Assembly (NCBI GenBank): GCA_051362555.1
Contig: CM120649.1
Span: 12,586,001 to 12,650,000 of the forward strand
DNA length: 64,000 nucleotides
Origin: Lingula anatina
Lineage: Eukaryota; Animalia; Brachiopoda
Direction of reading: 5' to 3'
The notes beneath the pieces were generated by a model. That model was not told where the DNA came from. It saw nothing but the letters and a program-made list of their open reading frames with translations, and made no database searches. Position 1 is the first letter of the stretch; every line of letters starts with the position of its first letter. Of this stretch, positions 39,543 to 48,023 are shown one piece after another. Both the position numbers and the translations under genes were made by a program.

Positions 39543-42500
39543 TTGTACATAATATGCACAATGTATGTAAAGGCACAGTAAGAATTGGGGAACATATTCT
39601 GTATTTGGGAGATGCATGAGCAAAACAACCCTAAAAACTTCCTTGTAAATAGTTGTTTTTGTAGGGGTGCAGGCATATACATTCATGCAGGAAAGTAAAA
39701 ATGCATGCAGGTAAAAATGGGACATGTAGGATGGGATGGGGGGGGGGGATGGGGAGATTTTAAGTTATGATGCATTTTAATATCATGTTCACATGAGGGC
39801 AAGCTTTATGTGACCTATATTCCAATGGATATATCCAGCTGTATGTATATATATATATATATATACAACTGTTCCAACCTGCACTCCTTGACCCCATCCC
39901 CACCTCCACCCCTACCCCTACCCCTTATTAACACAATGGAAAGTCTCCACAGGATGGGTCGTGTCTTTGTTAAATATATAATGCACATGCACCCTCCACC
40001 AACAAAGTAGTGACAAATGATAATTTCTTCACTTATGCAATGCACCAGTTTAACACATGGAGCATCCTGTGCGTATCTTCAGACAATATATGAAGTGAAG
40101 GTTAAATGGTTATTAAGGATCAAGGGAGGGTCCCTGTCTACAGGTGACAGTCTGCTTAAAACATCTGATTAAAGGCAGTGTGCATAATATGGTAATTACT
40201 CAATAAATTTGCACATGAATAAAAAGTCCCTTTCCCCTCAGAGAATGGATTTCATTAATAAATTGAAGTGTTGATTAAAAAGTTTGGAAAAGAGAGTTGG
40301 TTTCTTGTTAAAAATAACATTTTCGTGACAAATCTTGAAAGAGTGAAATATTAGAAAAAGATAATTTGAAGTAATAATACAGAGAATTCAATGACGAGGG
40401 TGCTACACACATTTGACATGGAACTTATTTGAGGCACAGCTTAAAAATGAGATGATTTGAATAACACTTTTTGGCAGTCAAAACAAAGGAAGGTAGAAAA
40501 AAAAGGTAGGCAATTTTGAACCAGTTGTGTACACTCTTTGTTCATTTATAGTTCATATTTTGGTACATGTGTTCTGTAACCAGGGGAGGGGGGGGGAGAC
40601 TTAGGTTGCATTCAGAAAAAAATTTAAGCTAAAATTACTATACCACTAGTAGTTCAGATATTATGGTGTAGATGCTTGATTGCAATCCTCAGCATGATTG
40701 CCATCCTAAGCATGATTGCAATCAGTTTATTTGCAATTCACCCTCTATAGTTGGAGTATAACACACTAGGCAGTACAGGGTATATGGGACAACAGACAGC
40801 AGTAACTAGTCCACAGTAAATATTTGCTCACTGAGGGGGATACTGATCTTATATAATACTGTATTGTAAATAACAGTAATAATGTGGTGGTTGGGAAGAC
40901 ATGAAGGGTCTATATGCTGCTGTAGGCTGTAGGATATACATGTAAGTGTATAAAAGTGCATGTGATTTTTGTAAGTATCTACATATAAGTATTGCTCCAA
41001 ACTCTTGTTATTATTGGAAAAGTTCATAAGAATGTAAATCTTTAGTAAATACTCAAAGACACGTATGCAGGCGAAAACACACACAAGCATGCACACACAT
41101 AAATACTTTTCCATCCAATTTTCTTATACTGCTTGTGAACTACAGTATAATATCATTCATCACCTACCAGCTGCATCTCTGACCATCTTACTTGCCCTCC
41201 CCCGCCCCCCTTCCCTTCCCAACTCTGAGATTAGAGTTTACAAGCCCCAACCTTCCAAATATTACAAGTGGTGTTAGAATTTATACCCAACCCCTCCCCC
41301 CCCCCTTTCCCTCTGCATTGAATTCTCATTAATTAAACACTGTCTTTAGGTATTGGCATATAGGAAGATGTATACTGGAATATATGCACATGTACAGTGT
41401 ATGAGGGGAGTAGGGGACTGGTATATAAGCTGTTAAGACTTTTCCTTCTTATCTGTGAACGGAGGGAGAAAAAGTGTTGGGTTTTTTGTTTGATAATTGA
41501 TAGAAAGAAATTTTGTTTCTTATTTGTCAATAATGAGCAGGGGAAAAACTAAGTAATGTGAGAAAAATGCAGCCTTTCTTTTCTTGATCTATAAGCCTTG
41601 CTAGATTGATTAATATGATACTAAATCTTTGGCATGAAGTGAGTAATATTCACTATTTAATCCAAGGTGCATTTAGAATCAGTTGCCAAATAAAAAAAGG
41701 TTTAAAATATTGCCTTTCTGTGCCAGGGTATTTGAATTACATTCAAGAGGGCTACACTGTAAGTTATGTACTTGCGGATATGAAGTGCCATTTTTGTGAA
41801 TGACACACATGTTGCAGAGGGTATAGATTTTGTTTTACCAGCTGAATAAGATGTTCTTATTGAATATTTTGTGCAATTCTTCATGGTGTATTTCTTCCAT
41901 TCAGCTTTTATTGATTTCAGTTCTCTGTGTGAAAGTTTGTGTTAGAGATGCAAGTGTGAAGTATTTAATTGGGTCAGGGTTATAGTCGTTGTTAATGTAA
42001 AAATATGCATATGATATAACATTAAGAATGGAAATTGATGTGGCACATATTGTCTGTTTTCTTTTCAACTGCATGGAATGGACAATCATAAAGAGTGACT
42101 ATCTAGCCTTTTCGATACAAATTATTTTAGTCAAAAGGATGAATAATTCAGCAAAAATAAAATGTTAAACAAATCAAGGTAAATATAAACATCCCCCCCC
42201 CCCAAAAAAAAAAAAAAAAAAAAGTTAATTTTCATTAGCCAGTTTAAGTACTACTTTCATTCAGCTAAATAAACTATCAATGTTAATGTAATAGCTGTAG
42301 ATGCTCTTGCCCTTAGGTCTGACATTTTGAGAAAACAAATGACAAATTATGAATAATGATCAAACCATGGTTCCAAAGGCAAAAACTTTTTTGTGGTCAC
42401 AAACAGTGATGGATCAAGTACAGTGTATAAGGGCCAAGTCTGAAGTAAACGTAGGTCATGACCCACGTAGAAATGAGTTGTTTTAAAAAGATTGTGGACA

Positions 42501-45500
42501 GTGTCATTTAGGTTGTCCTATGTTGAAATTTTGTACTGGTAGAGTGGTGGAGGGGGGAGAGGGCAATCAAATGCTAACCAAATGGCTGCAGCCAGTCCTA
42601 TTTTGTCTCTGAAGAAGTAATTGTTCATACAGAAGTTAAATGTTCAGAGACTTTTACGAGGTCAATACCAAAGCATAATTACAATTTTTAGCTCAAACTT
42701 TTCCGTTTATAGAGAACCAACTTCCCTGCCGAGGTTAAGGATCTGACCAAGCGGATCAGGACTGTGCTGATGGCGACGGCACAGATGAAGGAGCACCAGA
42801 ATGACCCGGAAATGTTGGTGGACCTTCAGTACAGCCTGGCCAAGTCCTACGCTGCCACGCCCGAACTCAGGAAAACATGGCTAGAAAACATGGCTAAAAT
42901 ACATGTTCGGCATATGAATTATTCTGAGGTCAGTGACCAGTAGGGTTTTGTTTTATTAATGGGCAGAGAAGATAAATTGTGGTGATGGAACCCTCTTATG
43001 TTCCAAATAGATTGTCATCACATTTTTATCTTGAACTCCATTATCTGCATATTCGGATTATACTTCATATCGAATTAACTTCACAAGCTTAGACCAAATG
43101 CCCCAGAGCAAGTCATGCTGTTTTATCAAGTAAAATGATAATGACTTTACAATTCAAGGCAGATTGCAAAGGGGTATGCATGCTTTTCAATATGATTATT
43201 AAAGAAACAAAATGGGGCACATTAAAATACAGTATGCAGCAGTACAAAGAAATAAACAGATTTTAAATTACTAGAAATAAGAAAAATTTGCGTACTACTT
43301 TCTTTCAGGCTGCATATTGCTATCTCCACATTGCCGCTCTAGTTGCAGAATACTTGAAAAGAAGAGGTATGTTTGTTCACTATATTTTCACATTTACTTC
43401 TTATATTGACTTTTCAAAACACAAAGGAAGTTGAATGTGAAAGATACTACTGTCTGATGTTTTCACTTTTGAAATGGGTGATATTTGAAACTTTTTTCTC
43501 AAGTCAAAAGGAAGCTTTGCATAAAATCTGCAATCTGAAAGTTTTTTTACATACAGAACATGTATGTACATGTGTGATGCTTTGAAAGACATACATGCAC
43601 TCCTTATATTTTAGACATTATATTACATAATATAATTATGGCAAATTTTATTGTTGCAGTATATAGTCACATATTGAATATGAAGAATTTGATTGATCAT
43701 TAATTTAACTTATCTGAGAGATTGTCTTGTCTTGGGCATATTTGAGTAACAATTTTATCATATTATTTATTGTCATACTTTCTTACTTACATTTTATATC
43801 AATATTTATATTTTTCTTCAATTTCAAGCACTTTAAAAATTTAAATCTCAGCATTTGAATCTTTCAAAAGGGATATACATGTATTAAAACCTCAGTTTAG
43901 ATGTTTTATTTGTACTGCAGTGCTGAATGTGCCAAAAAATAAACTGGAAAATATATCAGTTATACTCTGTATATCAAGCATATCTTGACAGTCCCTGTTT
44001 GTATGTGTGTGTGCGTGCGTGCGTGCGTGCGTGCACGCATGAGTGAGCACTATGGGTACCTCCTTGTTAAGATATTTAAAGCGCTCACAATTTATATGTT
44101 TTGTGTTCTTGTTTGTCTTTTTCTTCGCTGTGTCAGGAAAGCTACGGAGTAAGTGCTATATGGTGCTGCCACCTATCTATCAGCTTGTACTTCCTGTCCG
44201 CCTGCAGTAGTTGTTAATTGTATAACTTGTATATGTGGACCTTATCAGTAGTTGTTGTAGTGGTAGCTGGTTTTGTAGGTTTTGTTTTTTAAAAATTCAG
44301 GAGAGTTGCATTCATAAAGGGTGTTTTGATTTGAGTAATGTTGGGCTTTTTTCATTTTTTTTTTTATTTTTTTTAAATATATATAATAAAGTTCAAAAGT
44401 TATGTCTCAAGTCTGAAAATAATAGGCAGTTTTATAACCTTTAATTTCCTCTTTTCTTGACCAAGAACTTATTTAGTATCAGGTTTCGGAGATTGAGGTA
44501 TGCTGACTTACTGCATCTGAAAAGAGTAAAAAATATGTTGTACCACTTTGCAAGCAAAATGCTTCAAAACATCGTTTGATTTTCCTCTTTTAAAAAAGGT
44601 TAATTATCGTTAATACCAAAATTACTCAAAGCTGCATTCTTAGTGCAAATTAACTCTCCTGATTTTTATTATTGGTATAATTTGAATTGGTATGACAAGA
44701 CAAATGTATTTAATATGTTTTGATCAAACAAACAATTGGTACATATTTCCTTCAAGACATTTTCTGGTGGTGGACCCTTCAGTTTTTTACAACAGTTTGG
44801 GATCAGGAATATTAACTTGCATTATTTTATTTCTCTTTTTGATTTATTGTTATACTGAATATTCATTAAATTTACCCAAATCCCAAATTGTTCTGATGCT
44901 GTAGGTTTTGATATTCTATATCATTCCATATAACATCACCCACTGCCCCCCCTTTAAATGCGGGTAAATTTGTGGAAGCTGGCAAGGGCAGTATTAAAAT
45001 TTGCTCATTAACTGTCCACCGTTTCTGTTTCGGGCTAGTCGATTCGTAGGCCCTGGCTTACCAAAAGGTTAGCAGTCTAAAAAGTTGTCACAGATTGTTA
45101 CTAGTTTGAATTCTTGGCAGCTTTCAGGACTGGGTCCTTACCCTTTATTGGTGTTTATTATCCCCTTTTTTTTAATAATTAAATATAATGTTGAGGCAAT
45201 TCAAAATTCCAAATGTTTCATGTCCATGATACATCTTGGAGGAGATCTACTCATTAGAAATCATTGGTTAATATTATAAGATCATCTATTTACTGATGTT
45301 ACAAGGTGTGAGTTTGATCACGGATCTTGATTAGTACTGGGTAGATATAGGATAAAGCTGCATTAAGATCACTTTATGAAAAAAATAGTTTAAGTTTTTA
45401 TTTAAGGGAGAGAAGCTTGATTGCAAACCCTCACTGTGTATAATTTCACTAAAACCATCACAGTGACTGTGTGTAATCACAGTGGAGTTACACAGCGTGG

Positions 45501-47984
45501 GACTGCAAATTGAGCTTCACCTTCCCAAAGTGAGATCTAAGACTTTTCTATGAGAAATGATTTGAATGCTGCTTAAGAGATGGGAGGGGGGAATAGACAA
45601 TGATTCATGAAAGGCATGCTCAAATATATGATATTTAAGCTTAAACATTTTCATTTTGACAAACGAATGCTTTGATTTGTAGTCTGTTGCTTGGAAGATA
45701 ATACTTTTGAAAACATTTTCCTCTGATCTTGACATTTAAGAACTGAATTTAAACTGTAAACCTGAGTTGTTGGGCTATTATTCCTTTTTATTTGTGATGG
45801 TTGTGATATTGTGTTTTGCATTACTCAATATATGCTAATATTGTGTTTGTTGTGTTTTGCTTTCTTATCTGAAAAAAATGTTGATTGTTGTGCTTCATGT
45901 TTAAATAATTTTTTGAAATAATTATGCTTGCACAATACCTGTAATGTTAGATACTTAAAAAAATTAAAAAAAAAACAAATGTAATGATATCATTATTTTA
46001 TATTTAGAGATTTGCACAATTCTCAATGCTCTACAACTACAAAAAGCTTGTTATTTTTTTTTCGATTAACACATGATCAACTTAACAAGTTAAAAAAAGA
46101 AATTTGAATTGTTATTGTAGTCAAATGTAAAATGTGTATTGTGAAATCTTTTTATATGCATGTTTTAAGTAGTACTCACTGTACAACTTCCTAATTAAAT
46201 GAACAAGGCATAGTTTAATGATATAAAATGATGCATGTTTTGGGTTTTCCTAATAAGTTCAACTGATATAAATTTGAAAGCTTAATATTCTAACTGCAAA
46301 ATGCATGAATATTTGCCCAAAATGAAAATCAAATACCACATTTTGCATGCTTCTTAGAGCAAATCTAACTCTAAGCTTTTTTCCCCTTCCTTGGAGGGGC
46401 TTTATATTTATGTTGAACGATTCGGATCATCAGATTTTATAAAGTTTAAATACATTTGCTAAATTAAATGAAATAGTGTATCAATATTCACGTTGTCTGT
46501 GTAAATTATTTTACATATACGCAACTTTTGTAGTGTATATAGTATATATTTTTGTACAGTGTTGTAGAATTGCTATATATGTATCCCTCATTGCATGTTT
46601 TTCCCCCTGGAATATACAGTTCAGTAGAAATGCTGTACATGTACCCCTATTCCTGCTTTGCATCTATTGTGATGTTTTGTAAGTACATGTTTACGTCTTA
46701 AAGGTGCATTTATTTAAAAGTATACGTACCATATAAATTGGCTGGACAGTGAGTTTAATAAGTTCATATCATTTACCCATGTTTGTATTTTTGCAGACCC
46801 ATTAAAAATTTTTTTTCAGCGTTTTTTGACTAGATGTATATTTTTGGAATGCTCTATTTGGTTTTGGTTGTTGATGTTGATGGATTTGGTTTTGCACCCC
46901 TTTTAGTCAAACAAGGGTCATTTTGTATCCCTCTCCCACCCCCACCTGAATCATGTTTGCAAAAACAAGAACAATGCAAGCATGGAAATATTTAGGTCTT
47001 GAATTGTGTACACCCACCTCCTGTTGCATGAAAAAAAAAAAGGCTCCTTTTATCCTAAATTTGAAATAAGATGTATTGAATATAGAGATGATTGAAATAT
47101 GTTCAATTACTTGGTTATCTTGAATAGATGGAAGGTCTGATTTGTATTTTAAAAGCCCAATGACAAAAAAGATAGAAGATGGAGAGAGAGAGATCAGTAT
47201 TTTACTGGTGAAATGGGCCACGTCATTTTAATTAGGGCAAGGGGTGAATGAGGAAAATTAAAGGAGGAATTACTAACAAGGCACTTTTAACTTATATATT
47301 TCCACAGTTGAATTATATAAGAAGTTAATCTAATGTTTTGATGTGTTTCAGAAATTTACCCAGAAGGCTGTGGGGTGTTCAAGAGAATCACTGCTAATGT
47401 CTCCGAGGAAGAGTATGACATCAAAGATGACACAGGCATGCAAGACGTACAGTACTCAGTGGTAAGAAAGTTAACAGACACTTTAGCCCCCCCCCCCCCC
47501 CCCCCCCCAGCTTCATTATCATTGTTTTTAATAAATATTAAAAGGGAATGCTATTTTTTGCATTATAAAATGATAAAAATGTCATTATAAGTCATTTACT
47601 GTGTAGTTGATCACTTCAGGGGTTCATGCTAGAAGGTATCTTTCCAATGTATTGTGTAGTACAGCAGAGATGATATTCATGGTGTTTAACACTCTCTGCT
47701 GTGGGTGGAGATCTACACATGCACCAGTGACCTCAAAGCCCAGTTGATACACCTGCTTCTCTTGTTATAGTGTTTGTGAAGAAAATAAAATGTTTAAAAC
47801 AATTTATAATAATTATTGTTTTTATAACCTTTGCATCTCTTATATTGCAGTAACATTTTTGGAGAATTATTATATATATCATTATTTTTTTTATTTTTAT
47901 TTATTTATTTTTTTTTTTTGTGTGTGTGTTTCAGGAGGTTAGGTGGGCATACTGGAAACTTGATAATAATCATTACTATAATCA

Positions 47985-48023
<39 letters not shown>

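Noticed and set aside
45421-45508. Imperfect hairpin resembling a pre-miRNA
   Set aside because: Many mismatches; more consistent with a decayed palindromic repeat.
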